NCBI GenBank assembly: GCA_043810695.1
Contig: JBDRNV010000008.1
Span: 1-47,971 of the forward strand
Origin: Nanobdellota archaeon
GTDB lineage: Archaea > Nanobdellota > Nanobdellia > Pacearchaeales > GW2011-AR1
Direction of reading: 5' to 3'
DNA: 47,971 nt
Made by a program: the position numbers and the translations under genes. The notes under the pieces are model-generated. The model saw nothing but the letters and a program-made list of their open reading frames with translations, ran no database searches and was not told the DNA's origin. Shown piece by piece: positions 38,725 to 47,971 of the stretch (position 1 is its first letter; every line of letters begins with the position of its first letter).

Positions 38725-40163
38725 ATTAATTTAATAAATTCTCCAGGTTCAAATACATTTTTATTTAATTTTAAGAATAAAGAAACATTTAGCGGCAAAC
38801 ATGCGCTATCAACACACCCGTTTAAACAATCCATAATCTCGTAATGGGCTCTATCATTATCACAATACCATTCACTTACAGCAAAACCAGAATCAGATGT
38901 AAATATCTGCCCATTATAACAAGAATCATAGCAAATTCCAAAAACACAATTATTATTTCCACCTGTAAGATTTCCCTTAACATAATAATTTTTTCCTTCA
39001 TCACTATCAAAACAAGTTGGTTCGTTTATTATTCTAAATCCAGGAGATAATCCATTAACATAACCCCAATCATAATTTCCACTAGTATCAATAGCCTTAC
39101 AATTCCAGGCATAATCAGTTGCTACAGAAAAACTTTTTATAAAAGTTAAGGTAGCATTTTTTCCAGTTACCATTTTAGTTTCATCTACATAAAATCCACC
39201 TTTAACATCTGTTAACCAAAATTCTACTTGACTTAATTCAACATCATCACTAACAGAACAAGTAAATGATATTAGTTGATTTACATTAAAAGTTTGATTT
39301 ATTGGGGAAATTAAAATAACATTTGGTTTAGTTATTTCTTTTATGCAAGCTCCATCAACACAACCATTTGAACAGTCAATAACTTCATAATTAGCTATAC
39401 CATTATCACAATACCATTCACTTACAGCAAAGCCAGAATCTAGAGTAAATCTCTGTCCATTATAACAAGAATCATAGCAAATTCCAGAATCACAGCTATT
39501 AGCTCCTTCTGTAAGACTTCCCTTAGTGTAGTAATCTTTTCCCCCGTCAGTATCTAAACAAATTGTTTTATTTATTATTTTAAATCCAGGAGACAATCCA
39601 TTAACATAACCCCAATCATAATTTCCACTAGTATCAATAGATTTACAATTCCAGGCATAATTACCAAGAATATTAAATGTTTTAATAAAAGTTACATTTG
39701 CAGCAGTTCCAGAAATAGATTTAGTTTCATTTATATAAAATCCTTTTCCACCACCAGCTAACCAAAACTCTACTTTGCTTAATCTATTATCATTGCTAAC
39801 AGAACAAGTAAATGATATTAGTTGATTTACATTAAAAGTTTGATTTATTGGTGAGATTAAATTAACTCGAGGAATAGTTAAATTTTGTACACATTTTCCA
39901 TTGATACAAATTTGATCAGAAGAACATGCAGTTATAGGACTCCATTCTAAACAAGAATCAGCATTATAATCACTACATGTTTGATAACCTGTTGCTCCAT
40001 AACACTGTGTTGCACCATTATAAGGACAGATATTAATGCATGCGGCAAGAGCTTTTCCAGTAATCTTATCCCAGAAATCTCCAAACCAACCAGCAGAAAC
40101 AGGAGCAACTAACAGAATTAATATTAAGAATAAAAAAATTGGAACAGCCATCTCTTTTTTCAT
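38721..40163 (-). CDS. Secreted Cys-rich surface protein with two tandem 182-aa units (Ig-like plus C.D.DGG module)
   Basis: Signal peptide PVSA|GWF; duplicated LISPINQTFNVNQLISFTCSVS...YAWNCK...CYDSCYNGQ; 546-nt offset. Confidence 0.8.
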   Translation of the reverse strand: MKKEMAVPIFLFLILILLVAPVSAGWFGDFWDKITGKALAACINICPYNGATQCYGATGYQTCSDYNADSCLEWSPITACSSDQICINGKCVQNLTIPRVNLISPINQTFNVNQLISFTCSVSNDNRLSKVEFWLAGGGKGFYINETKSISGTAANVTFIKTFNILGNYAWNCKSIDTSGNYDWGYVNGLSPGFKIINKTICLDTDGGKDYYTKGSLTEGANSCDSGICYDSCYNGQRFTLDSGFAVSEWYCDNGIANYEVIDCSNGCVDGACIKEITKPNVILISPINQTFNVNQLISFTCSVSDDVELSQVEFWLTDVKGGFYVDETKMVTGKNATLTFIKSFSVATDYAWNCKAIDTSGNYDWGYVNGLSPGFRIINEPTCFDSDEGKNYYVKGNLTGGNNNCVFGICYDSCYNGQIFTSDSGFAVSEWYCDNDRAHYEIMDCLNGCVDSACLPLNVSLFLKLNKNVFEPGEFIKLI

Positions 40164-40251
40164 TTTAATTCTTATTTTTTAAGACAAAGGGCCTTAATAA
40201 AAATTTCTATATTTCTTTTTTAACTTCTTTAATGATTAATTCAAAATTTAA

Positions 40252-42540
40252 TTACAGCTTCATTCTTTTTATCTCATTATTCAGCCATTTCTGCCATTCT
40301 GGAAAAACTTTTTCACTCAACGGCAAACCGGTTTCTTTCCGCACTTCATCTGAAATTCTATGAAATGCATGGTTTGAAAGTGTGTTGAATTCTGATTCAA
40401 GAAGTTTGAAATTCTTTGTTTTTTCAGCTGTCTTTACAATCTCTTCTTTTATCTTTGCTCTTAGCAGAATATTGTCCCATACAGCATCCCAGTTTCCAGC
40501 CCAGCCCTTGACAGTTGATGCAACATCTTTTATTATCTCGCTGTCTCCATTTATTAAATCGTCTGTCGGTTCAAGTTCATCTGTTTCAACATTATATTTC
40601 ATCAAATCCACAAATCCTTTTTCCTCAAGCGGATCTTTTTGCCAGTGTTTTCTTATTTCTGAAATTTGCACAACTCTTTTGAATGAATGCAAGCCATCAG
40701 GGGTTTTTATTGGATTTGCAATAACTATTATATCTGTTGCTTTGAAACTAGTAGCAGGCACATCTAAATCATTTACAACCCTGTCGAAAACACCATACGG
40801 GCTTGCTCCGTGTATTGTTCCGGCAACAACATTTGCAAGCGCTCCTATTCTCATTGCTTCGTAAAGAGCCTGGGCTTCTAAACTTCTTACCTCTCCTATA
40901 ATTAAACAGCTGTCTCCAAGTCTTAAGCTTGTTCTTATTCCGTCGTCTGCAGAAACCTCTGTTGTTGTTTTTAATAGCGCGCTTCTCACTTTCATTCTCA
41001 AAATATCATATTTTAATTTTCTAAGTGACTCAACAGGAAGTTCTAAAGAATCTTCAATAACAATTATTCTATATTTTGGAATTATTTCAAGCATTAAGCT
41101 TCCAAGCAGGCTTGTTTTTCCAGAACTTCTTGTTCCTGCAATTAATAGTGTTCTCGAGCCGTCAATCAAAAAACTAAGAAGTCCTGCTGCAAGAGGATTT
41201 ATCATTTTATTTTGTACAAACAGAGGAAGTGTCCAAGGTTCTTCACGATGACGTCTTATTGCATATGAAAGCCCGTCAGGGCTAAGTGGTTTCTGAATAA
41301 TTGCAATTCTCGCTCTTATCTTTCCTATTTCAAGCTGAGTATCAAGTATTGGATTTGCTTCATCAAGAGGTCTTCCTGAAACAAGTCTGAATTTTGCAGC
41401 CCATGAATCAACATCTTCCTGACTAGGAATTATATTTGTCAAACATTCATCATAGTCCTGATGTTTTACAAAAATTGGAATCATTGAAATTGGAGCATTT
41501 AGAGAAACATCTTGAAGTTTTTTATCCTGCAATAAAACTTCGAGCACTCCAAAGCCGATTGTATGTCTTACAAGAATTGTTGCAAGCTTGTTTAAATCAG
41601 CATAGTTTATTTTTATTCTCTTGCTTTGAGCAAGATCCTGCAAAAGATCTTTTGAAACATTAAAAAAAACTTGTCTTGTTCTTTCGGTATCTGTAAACTC
41701 TTCTGCTTTTGGCTGATGTTCTATTAAAACTCTTCTTGCAAGATTAAGAAGCATATTGTGGTCCTCGTTCAAAGCATTTTCTGGAGGAACAACATGATAT
41801 AATAATTTTGACTCATCTTTCTTTTTAAGAATCATAACAAGAGAAGAATCATATTCTTCATTTGAAATGTTATACTGGTCAATTATTTCTACGTCCTCAG
41901 GCAGATCTGAAACAAGCCTGGTAAAAGTAAAATTAGGTATGACATCTGGCTTGAAAATTTTGTTATAAATTTCCCTTTCTCCTTTCCTATAGTCATCAAA
42001 ATATTTAGATGCCTCTTTAATAAGACCTAATTTTTCCATATCTCCAAAAATTTTTTCAAGCAGATTCAAATATGTTAACTCTTCTGATTTATGAAAAGCA
42101 TCTACTTTTTCAAGAAAAATTCGGGATTGAATAATTAATTTTTTTAGTTCAAAATATGCAGAAATAGGATCTTGCCTAAGCAAGCTAAGAAAAGAAAAAA
42201 TTTCATTATATCTTTTTGCAAAAAATTGATCTATTGTGGGAGCTAATTTTTCTTTTGATAAAATTCTTTCTTGTTTAAAAAGATAGGTATAAAAATTTGC
42301 AATCTCAATAAGAAAAAGCGTTTCTTTAAAATCATAATTATAATTTTTTTGCTGCACAAAGACTACTCTTGAAACATTTGGATTTTCTGTAAGAGCATTA
42401 ATTGTCATTTCCATAACTTCTGGATATTCTGTAAGACTTGGAACAAACGGAGCTCCCAGATAATTTATATAAATTATATCTTCTCCTCCTTCTCTCTTGA
42501 TTTCATGAGAATAAAGCGGTTTTCCTTCATTTTGTACCAT
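40252..42540 (-). CDS. Type II/IV secretion system ATPase (VirB11/TadA/FlaI-like) with long N-terminal domain
   Basis: Walker A GTRSSGKT, IEDSLEL, SLRLGD...IGEVR, GTIHG. Confidence 0.92.
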   Translation of the reverse strand: MVQNEGKPLYSHEIKREGGEDIIYINYLGAPFVPSLTEYPEVMEMTINALTENPNVSRVVFVQQKNYNYDFKETLFLIEIANFYTYLFKQERILSKEKLAPTIDQFFAKRYNEIFSFLSLLRQDPISAYFELKKLIIQSRIFLEKVDAFHKSEELTYLNLLEKIFGDMEKLGLIKEASKYFDDYRKGEREIYNKIFKPDVIPNFTFTRLVSDLPEDVEIIDQYNISNEEYDSSLVMILKKKDESKLLYHVVPPENALNEDHNMLLNLARRVLIEHQPKAEEFTDTERTRQVFFNVSKDLLQDLAQSKRIKINYADLNKLATILVRHTIGFGVLEVLLQDKKLQDVSLNAPISMIPIFVKHQDYDECLTNIIPSQEDVDSWAAKFRLVSGRPLDEANPILDTQLEIGKIRARIAIIQKPLSPDGLSYAIRRHREEPWTLPLFVQNKMINPLAAGLLSFLIDGSRTLLIAGTRSSGKTSLLGSLMLEIIPKYRIIVIEDSLELPVESLRKLKYDILRMKVRSALLKTTTEVSADDGIRTSLRLGDSCLIIGEVRSLEAQALYEAMRIGALANVVAGTIHGASPYGVFDRVVNDLDVPATSFKATDIIVIANPIKTPDGLHSFKRVVQISEIRKHWQKDPLEEKGFVDLMKYNVETDELEPTDDLINGDSEIIKDVASTVKGWAGNWDAVWDNILLRAKIKEEIVKTAEKTKNFKLLESEFNTLSNHAFHRISDEVRKETGLPLSEKVFPEWQKWLNNEIKRMKL

Positions 42541-42607
42541 CTTAGAATACAGATAAAAAGATAACTAGTTTAAAATATTTTGTATGCAGAAGTTAATTTA
42601 TTTAATA

Positions 42608-44263
42608 TTATTGTCTAATGGGAAAAATCTTTTTGAATAAACATGCAAGTCCGCATGTAAATGTTGCTTTGACTTGTTTATTAGAATTCATATTAACAAT
42701 ACATTTTTTATCAGGAGTAATTTGATCACATCGGTACCAAGTTCCTACTTGTTCATTAACATTTAATGGCTGTGCTGTTAGTGTAACAATTGTTCCATTA
42801 ACATAAATTTCACTGCAATCTGTACCACAATCAATTCCACTTGGTGAACTTATTACAATTCCTTCTCCTCTCTTAGAAACAGAAAGATTATAATATTGCA
42901 GTACTGATTCTCCATCAAGACAAGCTTCTTTATTTAAGCCTATTGTAATATAAACTTTATTTGGATTTATTCCTGTTGAATCATAAGATATCTGATTAAC
43001 TTTTATATAAGTTTCATCAGTTAAAACTACAGAACCTCCTGATGATATAGTAACTGTCTGATAATTATTTACATTAAGTACAACTTTTATTGGATCAATA
43101 TATTCTATAAAAAGATTATAATTTTCTCCTCCAAGATTTAATTTTAAAGTTTCCTCTTGATAAACAATTGCGTTTTGACATGTTGCATTTGTTTGACTTG
43201 CACAACAGCAGGTATTTGCATATAGGCCAGTACAAAATTGATCTCCTAATGAACCATGTACTCCTCCGCTAGAAACACAAGCACCTGCAGAACTTAAGCA
43301 AGAACTATTAAAATAACCTTCAGTAGCGCAATAAGAAGAACAACTATTTACACATACACTTGGTGTCCCAAAGCACCAATAACCTGCTTCAAGAGAACAT
43401 ATTAATGAGCATCCATCACCAGAAACAATATTTCCATCATCACAATCTTCTCCAGGATCAAGTGCTCTATTTCCACATAGTTGTCCAGGAAACACACATT
43501 TTCCTATTGAATTACAAATAAGACCTCCAGAACATGTTCCACAATTTGTAGCAACTCCACAAATATATTTTTGTCCACAGCTATAATTAAAAGTAGTACA
43601 GGTATCTGTACAATTTGTTTGATTAGTTGAAGACACACAAGCTCCATCTTGACAGGTACATCCTGTAGGAATATAACCACCTTTTCCAATTTTCATATCT
43701 ATCAATGTAGGAGGAGATCCTGTATAAGTACCCTGACAATAATAATCTATAGTTTTTAATCCTTCACAATAATCTGTTGCAGTTTGAATAGTTCCATTAG
43801 GATAGACTAATTTTACATATCCTTTAGTTTGCCAGGCTCCATTTCCATCAGAATCATAACAAGTAGGTATTAAACTTAAGTTTATACAAGTTCCATTGCT
43901 ACAAACCAAACCAGGTGCACAGTTCCCTATTTCCCAAGCATTCCATTCACAGCCAACAGGTATCACAGCATCGCCAGTATATGTTGTTGAATCTATCCGT
44001 TTACAATATTGATAAATAGTATTGCTAATACAATAAATAGGACTTGTTAATGAACATTGACTTTGTGGACATATAATAGTTGAGTCAGGAGCTGTAGCTC
44101 CACCTGTAATTTTGTTCCAAAAATCAGAAAACAAACCAGCAGAAACAGGAACAATTAACATAACTAATATTAAAAATAAAAAAATTGAAACAATTACCTC
44201 TTTTCTCATTAAAAAATAAAAGAAAACATTATATTTAAATTTATTGTAAATCAAGCACAACAA
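42608..44263 (-). CDS. Secreted Cys-rich surface protein with Myxococcus-type Cys-rich repeat and InlB-B-like repeat (start probably 44209)
   Basis: PVSA|GLF signal peptide; CYDSDG; CGNRALDPGEDCDDGNIVSGDGCS; SPSGIDCGTDCSE...VTLTA. Confidence 0.8.
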   Translation of the reverse strand: MLCLIYNKFKYNVFFYFLMRKEVIVSIFLFLILVMLIVPVSAGLFSDFWNKITGGATAPDSTIICPQSQCSLTSPIYCISNTIYQYCKRIDSTTYTGDAVIPVGCEWNAWEIGNCAPGLVCSNGTCINLSLIPTCYDSDGNGAWQTKGYVKLVYPNGTIQTATDYCEGLKTIDYYCQGTYTGSPPTLIDMKIGKGGYIPTGCTCQDGACVSSTNQTNCTDTCTTFNYSCGQKYICGVATNCGTCSGGLICNSIGKCVFPGQLCGNRALDPGEDCDDGNIVSGDGCSLICSLEAGYWCFGTPSVCVNSCSSYCATEGYFNSSCLSSAGACVSSGGVHGSLGDQFCTGLYANTCCCASQTNATCQNAIVYQEETLKLNLGGENYNLFIEYIDPIKVVLNVNNYQTVTISSGGSVVLTDETYIKVNQISYDSTGINPNKVYITIGLNKEACLDGESVLQYYNLSVSKRGEGIVISSPSGIDCGTDCSEIYVNGTIVTLTAQPLNVNEQVGTWYRCDQITPDKKCIVNMNSNKQVKATFTCGLACLFKKIFPIRQ

Positions 44264-44292
44264 ATTTAAACCATCTTAACCTTTGTTTTTAT

Positions 44293-44631
44293 ATGGCTGC
44301 TGAACAAGGGTATGGTGATGAATCTGGAAATCAATTTCTGTGGGATATTAACACAAAAATAAGAGATCTGGAAGAAAAAAATCGGATGCTTAAAGACAGG
44401 CTTCTTCTTATAGGACAGAATCTAGTTGAAATAAAAGAAAAAACAAACTCAGATATTCTTGAATTAAAAAAAGATATAGAAATAATAAAAACAAATATGG
44501 GAAGGGTTGTTTCTTTTCTGGAAACAGCATCACAGGAATTTTCAAAATTTGCAAGAAAAGAGGATCTTGAAATACTCTCAAAGCAGGCAAAAATGTTTCA
44601 GCCTCTAAAGTTGATAAGAAAAAAGATTTAA
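44293..44631 (+). CDS. Coiled-coil hypothetical protein
   Basis: Heptad pattern; FARKEDLEIL. Confidence 0.7.
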   Translation: MAAEQGYGDESGNQFLWDINTKIRDLEEKNRMLKDRLLLIGQNLVEIKEKTNSDILELKKDIEIIKTNMGRVVSFLETASQEFSKFARKEDLEILSKQAKMFQPLKLIRKKI

Positions 44632-44693
44632 AAAAATAAAAGATAATTAATAAAGGATATATTAAATAAAAGAGTTGATAAATTAATTTAAAA

Positions 44694-45569
44694 ATGAGTG
44701 TTTTAGAGCAAGTGATTGAACAGATGAATAATGGTATTTCTGAAGATGAAATAGCATCTAGTCTAAGAGAACAAGGAGTTTCTCCGGATTCAATAACAGA
44801 AGCATTAGGTCAGGCAAAAATAAAAACAGCTATTTCTTCAGAGGATATGAATGAATATAATGGAGATGTGGAGCCATCGATAATGAGGCCTGGAAGAGCA
44901 GAGTCACTTCCAACAGAAGGCGAGATTTCTGATGAAGATTTAACCCCGCCTAGTCCATCAACTTTTCAAGCTCAAAGAGAAGGTCTTCCTCTTCACCGTG
45001 ATGTAACTGAAGAATATGTTCCTACAGAAGAATATTATTCTCCTACTCAACAATATCAGCAACCAGAATATGCTCCACAATATCAACAGCCTGAGTATAT
45101 ACAACAGCAACCAGAATATGGATATCCTTCACAAACAACAGACACAGACACAATGATAGAAATTGCAGAACAAGTTTTCTCAGAAAAAATAAAATCAATA
45201 CAAAAACATATTGAAGATTTAAATGAATTAAAAACACTAATGCAGTCAAAGGTAGAAAACATATCAGATAGGCTAAAAAGAATAGAAGTAAATATAGATA
45301 GATTGCAGGCAGAAATACTTGAAAAAGTTGGTTCATATGGGCGTGGATTAGACAATGTACAAAAAGAAATGTCAATGATGCAGGATTCTTTTGGAAAAAT
45401 GGTTAGCGGTCTTACAGATAAAGCAGAACACAAACATCATACAACTTCCCAACACACCACTCCAACACACTATAAACATCACGCAACTCCAAGTCATACA
45501 ATTCATCATATTAAGAAAAAAACAACTGTTATTCACAAATCAGGAAAAAAGCATTCTAAGAAGAGGTAA
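44694..45569 (+). CDS. Hypothetical protein: acidic/Q-P-E-Y low-complexity linker, coiled coil, His/Lys-rich tail
   Basis: QQPEY x3; C-terminus HKHHTTSQHTTPTHYKHHATPSHTIHHIKKK. Confidence 0.72.
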   Translation: MSVLEQVIEQMNNGISEDEIASSLREQGVSPDSITEALGQAKIKTAISSEDMNEYNGDVEPSIMRPGRAESLPTEGEISDEDLTPPSPSTFQAQREGLPLHRDVTEEYVPTEEYYSPTQQYQQPEYAPQYQQPEYIQQQPEYGYPSQTTDTDTMIEIAEQVFSEKIKSIQKHIEDLNELKTLMQSKVENISDRLKRIEVNIDRLQAEILEKVGSYGRGLDNVQKEMSMMQDSFGKMVSGLTDKAEHKHHTTSQHTTPTHYKHHATPSHTIHHIKKKTTVIHKSGKKHSKKR

Positions 45570-45582
45570 AATTTAAGAATAA

Positions 45583-46170
45583 TTAAGTAGAATCATCATT
45601 ATCATCTGTCGGCTGAGCCCAGTAACCAGTCATTTTGGGTAACTTCTTTTTTTTGCCACCGCTACCCACAACAATTCCTATCAATGCAAGAAAAATAATT
45701 AGTCCAAAAATTCCAGACCAATTATACATAATATCATATAGCCAATATCCAGAAGACCATCCTGTCCATTCAAATGTTTGAAATAAAACAACAAGAAAAA
45801 TAATAACACCAAATCCTAAAAGACTATAATTAATGAATTTACTTTTTGGATCAAAGAAAAGTCCTGCTAAAATAAGCAAAGCAAGAATAATAGAAAGCCC
45901 TACCCCGACTCTGGGAAAAATTTCAGAGAAAAATATAGGAACAAAATCAAACTGCAGTGCAAGAAGTCCAATAGTAAGAGCGAGAATTCCGTTAATTGTT
46001 TTATTATCAAATATTTTAGTTTTAGTTAATATGCCAAAAACAATTGCAAATATTAAAAGAAATGGAAGAACATAGCTGAAAAACCCTGCCTGCTCCCAAG
46101 AGGACAACATACTTCCAACACTTCCTCCATAAAATGCTCCAAACTGAAGAGTAAGAATTTGTTCAATCAT
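45583..46170 (-). CDS. Multi-pass membrane protein (paralogue of 46213-46728)
   Basis: YVLPFLLIFAIVFGILTKTKIF. Confidence 0.78.
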   Translation of the reverse strand: MIEQILTLQFGAFYGGSVGSMLSSWEQAGFFSYVLPFLLIFAIVFGILTKTKIFDNKTINGILALTIGLLALQFDFVPIFFSEIFPRVGVGLSIILALLILAGLFFDPKSKFINYSLLGFGVIIFLVVLFQTFEWTGWSSGYWLYDIMYNWSGIFGLIIFLALIGIVVGSGGKKKKLPKMTGYWAQPTDDNDDST

Positions 46171-46212
46171 ATTAGAATTTAGTTCATATTATTTAAATAT
46201 GTTTCGGGAATT

Positions 46213-46728
46213 TTATTTTCCAGTCTTTTTCCCCAAAACAAGAGCAAGGGCAATTATCACAACAGCAACAAAAGCAAAATTCGTCCAGAAACTATTACTC
46301 CAGCTGCTTTTGAAAAGAAAATCAAATATATTTGTGAAAAAGACTCCTGAAAGTCCAACTGCCCAAATAAGAGCAAGCGCGACAGCAACAACAATTACAA
46401 TCCCTATGAAATATTTAAGTCCTGTTGGAGCGTTTTCAAATTTTAATCCTTCTTCTCCTGCAATAAATCCCCAGAGAAGCAATCCCACAAACATTACAAC
46501 CAATGCAATAGTTAGAAACAAAATAAGATTTGATACAACTAATTGTGTGGAGAAGACTGAAATAAAAATCAATCCAATAACAAAAGCAATAAAAGCATTA
46601 AGCTGCTTTTGCTCAGCGCCAAATAATTTTGTTTTTTCAAGAATGCCGAAAACTATGAAGAATATCAGAAGAAAAGGCAGGGCAAATTTAGTAAAAATCC
46701 AGCTTTGTAATATTGTTTCTTCTACCAT
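46213..46728 (-). CDS. Multi-pass membrane protein (paralogue of 45583-46170)
   Basis: FALPFLLIFFIVFGILEKTKLF. Confidence 0.78.
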   Translation of the reverse strand: MVEETILQSWIFTKFALPFLLIFFIVFGILEKTKLFGAEQKQLNAFIAFVIGLIFISVFSTQLVVSNLILFLTIALVVMFVGLLLWGFIAGEEGLKFENAPTGLKYFIGIVIVVAVALALIWAVGLSGVFFTNIFDFLFKSSWSNSFWTNFAFVAVVIIALALVLGKKTGK

Positions 46729-46762
46729 TAATTGTAAAGTAAAGAACTCTATTTAAATATTT

Positions 46763-47041
46763 TTATACCAAGTCTTCAGGAACTTCTTCAATTCCAGCCT
46801 CTTGACTTGGCAGAGCTATTCTATTTATTATAAAAACATCGCTTATTGCCTTAACAAACTGGTGCGGAATAATAACTCCCCTTGCTCCTCCAATAAGAGT
46901 AGTGACTCCTCCTCCAACTCTTATTCTCCAGCCGTCAATTTTGTTGTCCTGCAGGTTTGCTTCTTCAACTTCTCCGAAGAAATCTCCTGAATCAGTAAAA
47001 ACTTTAAAGCCTAAAACATCTGATACTTTCTTAATACGCAT
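46763..47041 (-). CDS. PRC-barrel domain protein
   Basis: SDVLGFKVFTDSGDFFGEVEE...IIPHQFVKAISDVFII. Confidence 0.85.
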   Translation of the reverse strand: MRIKKVSDVLGFKVFTDSGDFFGEVEEANLQDNKIDGWRIRVGGGVTTLIGGARGVIIPHQFVKAISDVFIINRIALPSQEAGIEEVPEDLV

Positions 47042-47172
47042 AATAAAATTTAATCAAACTTGTTTAAATACTTTTCCATGATTGACAATAATGTTTTTAT
47101 TAAGGACAAATTTCTTAAAAACCCCAAATAAAATATAACAAACTTTATAAAAAAACAAAAACTCATTAAATT

Positions 47173-47799
47173 ATGCTAAATCTAAAAGAAACTTATTCAA
47201 TTCTGATAGCAACAATTGTTATTGGAGTAGCACTTAGTTTTTTTAAAAGTATTGAAACCTTTCTTTATACTCTTCTCGCAATTTTTTGTGTTATAATTGT
47301 GAATATTCTGGCAAAAAAAATTGCTAGTTTTTATCTTGATTCAGAAATAGAAATGAAACTCTGGAAAATAGAAAGATATGGATTCAGACCAAGCCAGTAT
47401 TTCAAAAAAGCAGTTCCAGCGGGAATAATTCTGCCCATAATTGTTTCACTTGTTTCCTTTGGATATGTTTCATGGCTGGCTTCCTTAATTTTTGATGTGA
47501 AGCCAAAGATATACAGGACTGCAAAAAGGCACGGTTTATATTCTTATTCAGAGATGACAGAAAGCCATATCGGACTTATAGCTGTTGCAGGAGTTGTTGC
47601 TAATCTTATTTTTGCAGTAATCGGTTATCTTCTAGGATACATGGAATTTTCAAGGTTAAACATTTATTTTGCATTTTTTAACATGCTTCCATTGTCTGAT
47701 TTAGACGGCAATAAGATATTCTTCGGTAACCTGATTTTATGGAGTTTCCTTGCTGCACTTGTCTTAATCGGATTATTTTATGCTTTCTTCCTAGTATGA
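47173..47799 (+). CDS. Site-2 protease (M50)-like membrane protein lacking HExxH
   Basis: IAVAGVVAN and FNMLPLSDLDG retained; HExxH position reads NILAKK. Confidence 0.7.
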   Translation: MLNLKETYSILIATIVIGVALSFFKSIETFLYTLLAIFCVIIVNILAKKIASFYLDSEIEMKLWKIERYGFRPSQYFKKAVPAGIILPIIVSLVSFGYVSWLASLIFDVKPKIYRTAKRHGLYSYSEMTESHIGLIAVAGVVANLIFAVIGYLLGYMEFSRLNIYFAFFNMLPLSDLDGNKIFFGNLILWSFLAALVLIGLFYAFFLV

Positions 47800-47813
47800 A
47801 ATTTAGAATAGAA

Positions 47814-47971
47814 TCACCTTTTTCTGAGAAATAACCAGGCAATTCCAAAAACCAATCCAACTAATAGAAAAATTATACTGCCCATATTTATCTCTCCGCC
47901 ACCACCAATAACATTCCCTGTTATATTTGTAGCCATAACCGAAGCGAGAATTAATGAACCAACAGAAATTA
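47814..47971 (-). CDS. C-terminal part of a membrane protein entering from beyond the window
   Basis: ...ISVGSLILASVMATNITGNVIGGGGEINMGSIIFLLVGLVFGIAWLFLRKR*. Confidence 0.65.
   Translation of the reverse strand, partial: ISVGSLILASVMATNITGNVIGGGGEINMGSIIFLLVGLVFGIAWLFLRKR

Noticed and set aside
38805-39855. 546-nt repeat as a second DGR
   Set aside because: Both copies are in frame within one gene and the mismatches are not adenine-specific.
1-47971. CRISPR array, rRNA, integrase/transposase, reverse transcriptase or provirus
   Set aside because: No repeat-spacer array, rRNA-like tract, or recombinase, transposase, RT or capsid motif was recognised in the sequence or ORF track.

Overview
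AT-rich archaeal chromosome segment, most consistent with a DPANN (Pacearchaeota/Woesearchaeota-like) genome. This is inferred from archaeal informational genes (uS15, aIF2-alpha, Nop10, EF-1beta, RPA, RadA), TATA-box promoters and many class III signal-peptide pilins. Two structures are not explained by the ORF track. (1) A diversity-generating retroelement (DGR) module with no reverse transcriptase or recognisable Avd gene in the window. An 85-nt template repeat (19955-20039) differs from the 3' end of the 227-aa target gene (20344-20428) at 16 positions, all template adenines. The template sits inside a ~304-nt, multi-stem putative ncRNA with its own promoter. (2) A free-standing LAGLIDADG endonuclease whose last codons run into an intact tRNA-Arg(GCG); this cassette is nested between the separated 5' and 3' pieces of a second tRNA. 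The window also holds an intein-containing RadA, an MNT-HEPN toxin-antitoxin pair, a large type IV pilus locus interrupted by Cys-rich/Ig-repeat surface proteins (one of 1859 aa), and an atypical PurF with Ser in place of the catalytic Cys1. All calls come from motif recognition by eye; no database searches or folding programs were run.
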